From Pseudomonadota bacterium (lineage in GTDB: Bacteria > Pseudomonadota > Gammaproteobacteria > UBA4575): a stretch of DNA of 38,827 nucleotides. The stretch is from contig JBCCEI010000003.1 in NCBI GenBank assembly GCA_039030355.1, positions 1-38,827 on the forward strand, written 5' to 3'. Position 1 is the first letter of the stretch; every line of letters begins with the position of its first letter. The position numbers were made by a program, and so were the translations under genes. Under the pieces are notes generated by a model, which saw only the letters and a program-made list of their open reading frames with translations, made no database searches and was not told the origin of the DNA. Shown here piece after piece: positions 8,485 through 17,115 of the stretch.

Positions 8485-8645
8485 TAATGCCCCTTAAATA
8501 TCTACGTACTTATAAGACTGTATGTTTAATAAATAGTGCCGTAAGTAGCTAATACAATGAGTAAAAAAAAGTAAATTAAGAATATAATATTATCTTCAAT
8601 GGCTTGAATTCGGTGCTTATTGCCCCCATATATTTTAGATTGCTA

Positions 8646-8975
8646 CTAACTCTTGGGCGTTAAACAAACCTCAATACGATCATTATGTACTCGTATAGGG
8701 TAACGGCGCAGTGGCTGAGTTGCAGGTTCTTCCATCGGTTCGCCGGTTCGAACATTGAAACGGCTGCCGTGTAAGGTGCAACTTACAAGTTCGCCTTTAA
8801 GGCAACCAAGTGACAAAGATGAATCTTCATGTGTGCACATATCATCAATAGCATAGAATTTACCATCAACATTTACGAACAATATATCGCCCACATCAGT
8901 TGCGAATTTTTTGGTTGTGCCAGTTGGTAAATCGCTACTGGCCATAATATCGATGAAAGTCAGCGAATCATCCAT
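8646..8975 (-). CDS. Rieske [2Fe-2S] ferredoxin (dioxygenase-ferredoxin type)
   Basis: CTHED...CTLHGSRFNVRTG (CxH...CxxH). Confidence 0.9.
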   Translation of the reverse strand: MDDSLTFIDIMASSDLPTGTTKKFATDVGDILFVNVDGKFYAIDDMCTHEDSSLSLGCLKGELVSCTLHGSRFNVRTGEPMEEPATQPLRRYPIRVHNDRIEVCLTPKS

Positions 8976-9008
8976 AGCTCATTTTTAAGGTAAAATACAA
9001 TTATTATC

Positions 9009-9248
9009 ATGCCGTACTATATATACAAAATCACTTCGGGTTCTACAGGCGTACTCAAAAATCTAGAGTTAATCGATCAATTCGATGAATTTAAGGTCGC
9101 TAAAAAGATTATTCGTGAGCAAAGACCTAAAGTTGAAAAAGACTCACGTACTACCTTAAAGATGATATTTGCTGATACGGAGTTTGAGGCAGAACAGCGC
9201 TTGAGTTCGCCACGTGATGCACCCATATTGCGTGAGTGGGAAAAATAA
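9009..9248 (+). CDS. Hypothetical protein
   Basis: 79-aa ORF with AAGG upstream; co-oriented with the downstream genes. Confidence 0.7.
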   Translation: MPYYIYKITSGSTGVLKNLELIDQFDEFKVAKKIIREQRPKVEKDSRTTLKMIFADTEFEAEQRLSSPRDAPILREWEK

Positions 9249-9281
9249 TTAGTATTAAAATATCCTTCAAAAGCTTTAACG

Positions 9282-9731
9282 ATGGATGAGCTACATTACA
9301 GAAGCACTTACAGCGATATCAACCCACAGCGATGTGTATTTGAGAAAGCAATTAATTCTAGAGTTTGCAATTGTAGTAAATCACAACGATTTAATCTTGC
9401 TGATCGAGAAGGTGTAGCTTGTCAATCTAAAGATGGGTTACAACGTTGTGAAAAGCTTATTAAACATCTTCATGAAAATGCACGCTTTACATTACAACGT
9501 CTTGATGTGGATCGATTAGGGCATGCACAAGAAATAAAAATTCAAAATGGAGGGTTATTGGGTTTGCAAATACAGCTTACTGAGCACTCTTCTAAAAATG
9601 TTGAAGATGTTAATGCCATTGTAGTCAAGGCTCAAAAAAAATATAAAGTTATTGAAAATTTTCCATTTTCTAAAATTGTTCAAGTTATTAGCGCGTATCA
9701 GATTCGTTCAAAACGTAAAACAAGAAAATAA
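9282..9731 (+). CDS. Cys-containing hypothetical protein
   Basis: 149 aa with five Cys in the N-terminal half (CVFEK, CNC, VAC, QRC); possible metal site. Confidence 0.7.
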   Translation: MDELHYRSTYSDINPQRCVFEKAINSRVCNCSKSQRFNLADREGVACQSKDGLQRCEKLIKHLHENARFTLQRLDVDRLGHAQEIKIQNGGLLGLQIQLTEHSSKNVEDVNAIVVKAQKKYKVIENFPFSKIVQVISAYQIRSKRKTRK

Positions 9732-9751
9732 TAAAAGTTTAAATTTTATAA

Positions 9752-10351
9752 GTGGCAAAGACTAAGCTAGATAAGTTAATAGCTGAAGTAAGAGCATGTC
9801 GTGAATGTGAAAATGATTTGCCACTTGGGCCAAATCCAATTTTACGCGCAAAACGTAGTGCAAAAATACTTATCATTGGGCAAGCACCAGGTACTAAGGT
9901 GCATGCATGTGGCGTTCCTTGGTTGGATCCTAGTGGTAAGCGTTTAAGAGTATGGCTGAATGTTGATGAGCGTACTTTTTATGATGAAACAAAGATTGCT
10001 ATTATCCCTATGGGCTTTTGTTATCCTGGGAAAGGTAAATCTGGAGATTTACCACCACGTGAGGAATGTGCGCCTCTCTGGCATGAAAAATTGCTGCACC
10101 ATTTACCAAATATCAAAATAACATTGTTAATTGGCCAATATGCACAAAAGTATTACCTGGGGAATTCCAAGTTTTATGATAAAAAGAGTGTGACGGAAAC
10201 TGTGAAATGCTGGAATCAATTCGCACCACATTTTTTCCCATTGCCGCATCCTTCGCCAAGAAATACATTGTGGTTGAAAAAGAATAGTTGGTTTGAGAAA
10301 ACGACTGTTCCACAATTACGTAAAAGTGTTCGTAATGCACTGCTTAATTAA
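9752..10351 (+). CDS. Uracil-DNA glycosylase superfamily protein (family 4-like)
   Basis: CREC, IIGQAPG, FCYPG, LPHPSPRN. Confidence 0.88.
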   Translation: MAKTKLDKLIAEVRACRECENDLPLGPNPILRAKRSAKILIIGQAPGTKVHACGVPWLDPSGKRLRVWLNVDERTFYDETKIAIIPMGFCYPGKGKSGDLPPREECAPLWHEKLLHHLPNIKITLLIGQYAQKYYLGNSKFYDKKSVTETVKCWNQFAPHFFPLPHPSPRNTLWLKKNSWFEKTTVPQLRKSVRNALLN

Positions 10352-10364
10352 CGTTTAGGAGTTA

Positions 10365-10745
10365 ATGATGACTATTGATGAAAACAAAGCAGAACATTCT
10401 CAAATTCTAAGTAGCGAGATTGAAAATTATGAAAGCTTAAAAGATATAACAACGCTGGTTTATTTGCTACAGGCCATTGCTTTTATCGGTTTTACACCTT
10501 TGATTGCACTGGTGATTAATTATTTTAAAAAGAGTGATGTGAAGGGGTCAATCCTTGAGAGTCATTTTCGCTGGCAAATTCGAACTTTTTGGTGGGGCCT
10601 GCTTTGGTTCTGTATTGCTGCTTTTTGTATATTCACAATTATCTTAATTCCTGTCGGATGGCTGATATCAGCTGGTTTATTTATCTGGTGGGTCTATCGC
10701 ATTGTGAAGGGGTGGCTGCGTTTAAACAAAGGTTTGACGATTTAA
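10365..10745 (+). CDS. DUF4870-family membrane protein
   Basis: ESHFRWQIRTFW and YRIVKGWLRL motifs; three TM segments. Confidence 0.82.
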   Translation: MMTIDENKAEHSQILSSEIENYESLKDITTLVYLLQAIAFIGFTPLIALVINYFKKSDVKGSILESHFRWQIRTFWWGLLWFCIAAFCIFTIILIPVGWLISAGLFIWWVYRIVKGWLRLNKGLTI

Positions 10746-10910
10746 GTATCTTGATAAACCTACCATCTATCAGGAATATTCATAATTTTTTATTTAAAAA
10801 CAACGACATAAAAAATCATTAAGAATCTATCTAAATTGATATATTATAATACTCTAATATACTGTTAGTATTGTTCTCAATAAAGATTTAACCAACTTGA
10901 GGATAACGTT

Positions 10911-11060
10911 ATGGAAAACACTATTGAAAAGGTAGATTTAGATTTTAAATCTAAAAGAGTGGGTGACGTGTTTACTACACTTTGGCTTGAAACAGCTGGG
11001 CTTATTACATTCATGTCATTAGCTTTTTTGTTGCCAACTATTTTTAGAGTACTTGGCTAA
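10911..11060 (+). CDS. Small single-TM protein, 49 aa (below the ORF-track cut-off)
   Basis: MENTIEKVDLDFKSKRVGDVFTTLWLETAGLITFMSLAFLLPTIFRVLG*; GAGGA RBS at 10899-10903; own terminator downstream. Confidence 0.65.
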   Translation: MENTIEKVDLDFKSKRVGDVFTTLWLETAGLITFMSLAFLLPTIFRVLG

Positions 11061-11112
11061 TAAGCTAAACACCTAAATTTAAGGAAGAAACTACAAACAC
11101 GGACAGTTTCTT

Positions 11113-11150
11113 AAGCCGGCCTTGATGGAAACATCATGGCCGGCTTTTTT
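11113..11150 (+). terminator. Rho-independent terminator
   Basis: AAGCCGGCC-t-TGATG-gaaa-CATCA-t-GGCCGGCTT followed by a T-tract. Confidence 0.85.
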
Positions 11151-11236
11151 GTATGCGTTAAATAATTACTTCCTGGAACTTGTAATCTACAAATGACTCA
11201 AAATTTGCATACCAATAACTTATATTTCACGTTTAG

Positions 11237-12058
11237 ATGAAATCACGTAACTATAGTCTTTCCCACTTAGTAATTTTAATTGTTTTTACAGCACCCGGCA
11301 CTGTATTCGCTGATACGGTTGTTTTGTTACATGGTTATTTAGGCTCTAGTGTTGAATGGCAGCGTTCCGATATCATTCAACAACTTGATTCTTCTAGTTG
11401 GCAGGATGCAGGCGTCCTTAACATACAGAATGATCGTGTTCATTCGAGTCAAGAAAAAACGAATTCAACGCGTCGCACTTACCGTGTGAATCTTACCAGT
11501 GAACAATCAATTGATGCACAAGCTGAGCAACTTGATCAATATATCGAGTACATACGTCATCGTCATCCTGATCAACAAATAATTTTAGTGGGCCACTCTG
11601 CAGGTGGTGTGGTTGCACGTTTATACATGGTGAAACATCCAAGTGATGATCTTCGAGCATTAGTAACCATTGCCAGCCCACACCTTGGAACACAAAATGC
11701 CGAATATGCGCAAACAATTTCTGAAAATTTTTTAACTTGGATTGAAGGTGTTCCAGGAGCCGAAAAGCTGTACCGATCTCAAGGATTGTTTTTTGATTTA
11801 ATACCGGGACGTTCAGATAACTTAATCGCATGGCTAAATGTTCAAGAACACCCATCCGCGCGCTATTACTCAATTGTTCGTGAAGAAACAGATGATGCGA
11901 TACGCGATTTTATTGTTCCAAGCTGGAGCCAAGATATGAACGAAGTGTTTGCACTGCGTGGCCTTAGTGAAACGTATACGATAAAAAGCCTACATAGCCT
12001 GACGAGTAAAGATGGTGAGATATTAAAGTCAATTCTCCTTGATCTTTATACTATTTAG
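11237..12058 (+). CDS. Secreted alpha/beta hydrolase (lipase/esterase-like)
   Basis: Signal peptide, VVLLHGYLG, LVGHSAGG, TIASPHLGT. Confidence 0.85.
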   Translation: MKSRNYSLSHLVILIVFTAPGTVFADTVVLLHGYLGSSVEWQRSDIIQQLDSSSWQDAGVLNIQNDRVHSSQEKTNSTRRTYRVNLTSEQSIDAQAEQLDQYIEYIRHRHPDQQIILVGHSAGGVVARLYMVKHPSDDLRALVTIASPHLGTQNAEYAQTISENFLTWIEGVPGAEKLYRSQGLFFDLIPGRSDNLIAWLNVQEHPSARYYSIVREETDDAIRDFIVPSWSQDMNEVFALRGLSETYTIKSLHSLTSKDGEILKSILLDLYTI

Positions 12059-12565
12059 ATGATGTTAAAAATTATCGTTTCTATTGTTGCTTGTTTAATG
12101 TTTGCATGTGCTTCAAGTGATACTTCTGGAGAAAAGCCAAGGGTTAAAGTGAAAACGGTTTCAGCAACAAAATTTGAATTACGTTTTATAGCAGAGGTTA
12201 ATAAAGTCAGGGCAATGCCAAGGACCTGCGGTAATAAAAAATTTTCAGCCGCCGCTGCACTAGCCTTAAATGCAAAATTAACGTTAGCTTCATATAAGCA
12301 TTCATTGGACATGTTTGAAAATCAATTCCTTGAACATGTTAGTTCAAACGGTGATACGCTTGTTGAACGTCTGCGTGATGTAAATTATGACTGGAGTGCA
12401 GTTGCGGAGAATTTGGCTCATAATCAAAAATCCATTCAACAAGTTATTGAAGATTGGCTTTCGAGCCCCGGTCACTGTAGTAACGTAATGTCATCCGATT
12501 ACACTCAGGCGGGGGTTGCAGTGGTGAATGGGTATTGGACTCAGGTTTATGCTGCGCCAAAATAA
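12059..12565 (+). CDS. CAP/SCP-domain lipoprotein
   Basis: Lipobox MFAC; HSLDM, AENLA, WLSSPGHCSN, YWTQVY. Confidence 0.88.
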   Translation: MMLKIIVSIVACLMFACASSDTSGEKPRVKVKTVSATKFELRFIAEVNKVRAMPRTCGNKKFSAAAALALNAKLTLASYKHSLDMFENQFLEHVSSNGDTLVERLRDVNYDWSAVAENLAHNQKSIQQVIEDWLSSPGHCSNVMSSDYTQAGVAVVNGYWTQVYAAPK

Positions 12566-12585
12566 TAAATTACAAAAGCAAACAA

Positions 12586-12915
12586 ATGAAAGGCCCATTA
12601 AAATTTAAAATCGTAAGCTTTGATGGTTCTGAGGATCGAGAGGTGCATGTTGACTTTAAAGAAGAATTTCAAAAATTGAGTCTTAGTGAGCAAGCAACTC
12701 AATTTGATGATCATATCAATTCACTTAAATCACAAGCGGCCAAGTTGTCAGAAGATTCGCAGGAAAGACAAGGTATCGTTTTTGTACTTGAGTTTCTGGA
12801 AGAGTTAGCACCACGCATTCAAGCTGGCGAGATTCCTCTAAACGAAACAATAATTGTTAAAGTGATGGAGCAACCACCACTAAAACAACTGATATCTAAG
12901 TTAGATATTAATTAA
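12586..12915 (+). CDS. Hypothetical protein
   Basis: Non-overlapping ATG at 12586 (MKGPLKFKIV); 109-aa soluble acidic ORF. Confidence 0.65.
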   Translation: MKGPLKFKIVSFDGSEDREVHVDFKEEFQKLSLSEQATQFDDHINSLKSQAAKLSEDSQERQGIVFVLEFLEELAPRIQAGEIPLNETIIVKVMEQPPLKQLISKLDIN

Positions 12916-12964
12916 TGTGTGATTAGCGTAGTTCTTAACTACAAATATAGCTAATAACCTTAAT

Positions 12965-13282
12965 CTAATCTCGTTTTCGACCCATTGCATCTTTGGCAAT
13001 GTCATTCGCATAAAATTCACGAATTTGTGCGACTGGTTCGATGCGGTTCGCACCTGATCCTGTTAAACATTGGTCTTTTTTATCGACAGCCCACATTACA
13101 TAAGCTGTGAAGCCAACAAAATCTTCAGGGAACTGATCTTTATGAGGTACACCCGTGTGCTCAACACGGTCACCCTTTAATTCTTTTTTGATGCGCGCCA
13201 ATTCATTTTTAAGATCATTCACATCTTCACCATCCCACTGGCCAACAACTTCACCTTTTCTGCTTATAATATCGTTTGACAT
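12965..13282 (-). CDS. Hypothetical protein
   Basis: 105-aa ORF with AGGA RBS and protein-like composition. Confidence 0.7.
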   Translation of the reverse strand: MSNDIISRKGEVVGQWDGEDVNDLKNELARIKKELKGDRVEHTGVPHKDQFPEDFVGFTAYVMWAVDKKDQCLTGSGANRIEPVAQIREFYANDIAKDAMGRKRD

Positions 13283-13550
13283 GAGAATTCCTTTATTTTT
13301 ATTAGTAAATTTTGAAGCACTCTATAATCAATATTTCAGCATAAAGTTAAATATTACAAGTTAAATAGTTGTTGCTGGAATACTTATACATACTTAGATG
13401 GTGGTTTTGAATTGTGCTTAATTACCATACGAATCAAGAATTAATGTGTATTTCTAAGTTATATTTAAACATATGCCTAGCTTAAATGTGGTAGAAATTT
13501 TAGAAATTTAATAGATAAAATAGACAAAATGATAAGAATTAGGGGGACAC

Positions 13551-14603
13551 ATGAAAAAATTCAAAAAGCTTTTAATCATCTCTTTCATTTCAATATTGAT
13601 GGCTTCTTGCGGAGGTGGCGGTGGAGGAGGAGGAGATGATGGCGGAATAGGAATTGCTGGAGGGATTATTGATCCAGCATCTTGTGTGTTGCCCGTGGGT
13701 TTGATCGCAATTACTGCAGCTAATGCAGAGGCCGTTGTTAGTGAAGTGAAAGGTGCAATTCAAACCGCTTTAGCATTTGCGAATGCTAATAGTGATTTGA
13801 TTTTTCTTAATAACTTTATGTTACCTTCGAACCCTGTAACGTTAGCATGCGATACTTCTGGTTCATTCACAACCACATTAACAGGTGCAAATCCGATATC
13901 AATGAATGACCAACTTGCGCTCGATTTTTCAAGCTGCCAGGATACAGGCACAACGTTGAATGGTGTATTTACTGCAACTTATAACACGATTACAGAAATG
14001 ATTGCAGGTGAGGCTGGAAATGTTTCCAGTGCAAATGATTGGGATTTCAACATCAGCAGTATTTCAAATGACTTGCAAGTTGAGGATAGTAATATTGATG
14101 TTGCAGCGGATGGCGTGATGGTTGCTGATATTGATTTTAATGCAGCAGGAGTAAACCTTGTATCAACAGCAACAAATACTAATCTTACATTTGCGGACAG
14201 AGGTGGTGAATGCACCTCCATAGATTTAATATTCTTTGTGTCTACTGCAATGAATGTAACTACAAATCCTGCTACCTATTCTTTGTCAATAAACGAACCA
14301 GCCAATGCTGGAGCATTTACGATTGCAAGTACAGAACTTGGTGGTGTGGTTGCAATATCAACAAATACAACACCGTTAATTGGTATGGAAAATTTATTTG
14401 ATGCAGGACAAGGTGAAGTTGATGAGTATTTTGTTGAACTTGATGATTCGTCTCCTCCAACTTCTGGATCGTTATTTATACAAAGCGGTACATCAGGCGC
14501 AACAGTTACAGCAATGCCGGGCGGAGTCGTTCAAATTGATGTTGATATCGATTTAGACGGCGTGATCGATGATACATTGATGACCACATGGGCTGCTTTG
14601 TAG
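13551..14603 (+). CDS. Acidic, beta-rich surface lipoprotein with poly-Gly linker
   Basis: Lipobox LMAS-C then GGGGGGGGDDGG; Asn/Thr/Asp-rich, almost no Lys/Arg in the mature part; C-terminal DIDLDGVID; GGGG RBS. Confidence 0.75.
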   Translation: MKKFKKLLIISFISILMASCGGGGGGGGDDGGIGIAGGIIDPASCVLPVGLIAITAANAEAVVSEVKGAIQTALAFANANSDLIFLNNFMLPSNPVTLACDTSGSFTTTLTGANPISMNDQLALDFSSCQDTGTTLNGVFTATYNTITEMIAGEAGNVSSANDWDFNISSISNDLQVEDSNIDVAADGVMVADIDFNAAGVNLVSTATNTNLTFADRGGECTSIDLIFFVSTAMNVTTNPATYSLSINEPANAGAFTIASTELGGVVAISTNTTPLIGMENLFDAGQGEVDEYFVELDDSSPPTSGSLFIQSGTSGATVTAMPGGVVQIDVDIDLDGVIDDTLMTTWAAL

Positions 14604-14632
14604 TTACATGTAGGATAAATTTAAGTAATTGC

Positions 14633-15445
14633 TTAAAAAACCGAAGAACTCAATTCATTTACTGCAGTTAGCATTTCAGCATCATCAGTCAATGCCTGAG
14701 ATATACAACTTGAGCATGCAGTAACAGGGTTTACTCCACTGGCAATTAATTTTCCTGCGTGCACCAATAAGCGTGTACTTGCCCCTTCATCAAGGCCACT
14801 GCCTTTTAAATTGCGTGTCATCTGAGCAAATTTAACCAACTGCTTAGCAGTAATTGAATCTATACCTGTTTCTTTCTCTACAATTTTTTGCTCAATGCCC
14901 GCATCCGGGTAATCAAACTCCAGTGCGACAAAACGTTGGCGTGTGCTTTGTTTTAAATCTTTCAACACGCTTTGATAACCTGGGTTATAAGAAATTGCCA
15001 TGCAAAATTCATTTGGCGCTTCAAGAATTTCACCCAGCTTTTCCATTGGTAGCACACGTCGATCATCACAAAGTGGATGAATTACCACGGTAGTGTCTTT
15101 TCGTGCCTCTACAATTTCATCAAGATAACAGATGCTACCAGCACGAACAGCACGCGCCAGAGGACCGTCGACCCAGACGGTTTCGCCCCCAGTAACGAGG
15201 TAGCGACCGACAAGATCCGATGCGGTTAGGTCATCATGGCAAGATACGGTGATGAGAGGGCGTTTGAGTTTCCAACCCATATATTCCATGAAACGAGTTT
15301 TGCCACAACCCGTAGGTCCCTTTAGCAAAACGGGCAGTTGGTTTTCGTAAGCAGACTGAAAAACATCAATTTCATCACCAACAGCCTCATAATAAGGCTC
15401 AGCTTGAATAAAATATTCTTCTGGTTTAAATGACTTTGCTTGCAT
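14633..15445 (-). CDS. CbbQ/NirQ/NorQ/GpvN-family MoxR AAA+ ATPase
   Basis: GPTGCGKT Walker [51 protein letters not shown]. Confidence 0.93.
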   Translation of the reverse strand: MQAKSFKPEEYFIQAEPYYEAVGDEIDVFQSAYENQLPVLLKGPTGCGKTRFMEYMGWKLKRPLITVSCHDDLTASDLVGRYLVTGGETVWVDGPLARAVRAGSICYLDEIVEARKDTTVVIHPLCDDRRVLPMEKLGEILEAPNEFCMAISYNPGYQSVLKDLKQSTRQRFVALEFDYPDAGIEQKIVEKETGIDSITAKQLVKFAQMTRNLKGSGLDEGASTRLLVHAGKLIASGVNPVTACSSCISQALTDDAEMLTAVNELSSSVF

Positions 15446-15743
15446 AACTATCTTAGGTTAACCGCATACTGGGTATTTATACAAAATAATTTCCGTATTC
15501 TTCTTCAGGAATATGTTTGCTAAAACAAGTCTTATACAAATACTGCTGTACATTACATTCAGTAATAAAAAGCATGTATGGGGTAATGAATCTATATATT
15601 ATAAATCAACAGCTTATGTCATTAGTGCTATAAGGTTACTTAAAACCACTATAACTTTATTTTTGTTGAATCCTTGCGGGATCGGCAGCAAACTTACCAA
15701 CCCGTACGAATAATCCAACAACTTTAGCGGAAGTCCACAAATA

Positions 15744-16595
15744 ATGTTTTCAAATAATCCATTTGCCGATCTTTCTTCAATCATTTCCCCAGCCATCATA
15801 GAAGGCTACATCATACTCATGTTTATCATGGTTGTGGGTGGAACGATCCTCGACATGTTGCACAAAAAAAGTGCCCAGTACTTTTTCCAAAATGCGGAAA
15901 AAGCAAAAAAGAATGCTAAACGCACTTTGAGTTTTGGTAAAAAAGCCTCTCTTGCTATCGGCACATTGACCCATGAGGTAATGACTGCAGGTGAGTTTGC
16001 AGGTAAAAATACTGCGCGGCGGCTATCACACAATCTAACAATGTACGGCTTTATACTATTCGTGGTTGCAACATCGGTATTGGTTTTTAATTATTCCACA
16101 AGTTCAGCAGCTAGTTTTTGGCCTGCCGTATGGCATATCGGCGCGATCATGTTATGTCTGGGTGGTTACTGGTTTTGGTTCTTTATTCGAGTGGATGTCT
16201 CATCAGAAGGAGTGAAGTGGTACAACTTTAATGGCCGTGGTGACATCTTCATTGTTGGACTAATTGCAATGGGTACCTTCGCATTAATTTGGTCTGGCAC
16301 ACTTGATAGTAGTGGACTGGTAAACATGGTTTTCCTTGTGCTGTTTATCGCATCCAGCACAATTTTATTTTGTTCAGTTTATTGGTCTAAGTTTGCGCAT
16401 ATGTTTTTCAAGCCTGCCGCTGCGTTCCAAAAACGTTGTATCAAGGCAGACGGTTCATACGAAAACCTTCCTGAAGTGGGTGATTTAACTGATCCTGAAC
16501 TTCAAGCGCGCTATCCGGATATACCAGAATATATGGGTGACAATCCTCCAGACATGGGTCTAGGAATTAAGGCGGAATCCCCACAACATTATTAA
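15744..16595 (+). CDS. aprM: AprM, membrane anchor of APS reductase
   Basis: About five TM helices; LDMLHKKSAQYFF, HNLTMYGF, WSKFAHMFFKPAAA; directly upstream of aprB. Confidence 0.9.
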   Translation: MFSNNPFADLSSIISPAIIEGYIILMFIMVVGGTILDMLHKKSAQYFFQNAEKAKKNAKRTLSFGKKASLAIGTLTHEVMTAGEFAGKNTARRLSHNLTMYGFILFVVATSVLVFNYSTSSAASFWPAVWHIGAIMLCLGGYWFWFFIRVDVSSEGVKWYNFNGRGDIFIVGLIAMGTFALIWSGTLDSSGLVNMVFLVLFIASSTILFCSVYWSKFAHMFFKPAAAFQKRCIKADGSYENLPEVGDLTDPELQARYPDIPEYMGDNPPDMGLGIKAESPQHY

Positions 16596-16632
16596 TTCAT
16601 ACTTACTAATCGAAATTTAAAGAGAAAATATT

Positions 16633-17115
16633 ATGCCTACTTTTGTATATATGACGCGTTGTGATGGTTGTGGACATTGCGTTGATATCTGTCCATCAGA
16701 CATCATGCACATCGACACTACAACACGACGTGCTTATAACATTGAACCAAACATGTGCTGGGAGTGTTACTCCTGTGTGAAGGCTTGCCCACACAATGCA
16801 ATTGACGTGCGTGGTTATGCTGACTTTGCGCCACTTGGTCACTCGGTACGTGTTATTCGCGATGAAGAAAAAGGTGTCATTGCTTGGCGCATTAAATCAC
16901 GTAACGGCAAAAAAGATATGAATCTTTTGGCGCCAATCACTACCAAGCCTTGGGGTAAGCACATACCTCAACTTTCTGAAGAGGCTGCACCTAGTAAAGA
17001 AATGCGCGATAGTCAGTTACTTTTCAACGAACCAAAATATATTCGTTTAGATGATGGCGATATTCATACGCTTGAATCGAATGGTTTGGAAATGAAAGAA
17101 GGGGTGTACTACTAA
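16633..17115 (+). CDS. aprB: Adenylylsulfate reductase beta subunit
   Basis: MPTFV, CDGCGHCVDICP and CWECYSCVKACP ferredoxin motifs, RGYADFAP. Confidence 0.97.
   Translation: MPTFVYMTRCDGCGHCVDICPSDIMHIDTTTRRAYNIEPNMCWECYSCVKACPHNAIDVRGYADFAPLGHSVRVIRDEEKGVIAWRIKSRNGKKDMNLLAPITTKPWGKHIPQLSEEAAPSKEMRDSQLLFNEPKYIRLDDGDIHTLESNGLEMKEGVYY

Noticed and set aside
13611-13634. Poly-Gly tract as a phase-variable repeat
   Set aside because: Mixed GGA/GGT/GGC codons in triplet units; a protein linker rather than a slippage tract.
14633-15445. Evidence for carbon fixation or denitrification from the CbbQ/NorQ gene
   Set aside because: No cbbLS/cbbM, norCB or nirS in the window, so the client cannot be assigned.
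15446-15743. Specific regulator site or riboswitch between the AAA+ gene and aprM; ORFs 15513-15713 and 15614-15799
   Set aside because: Only weak AT-rich dyads expected by chance; no recognisable aptamer; the ORFs look non-coding.
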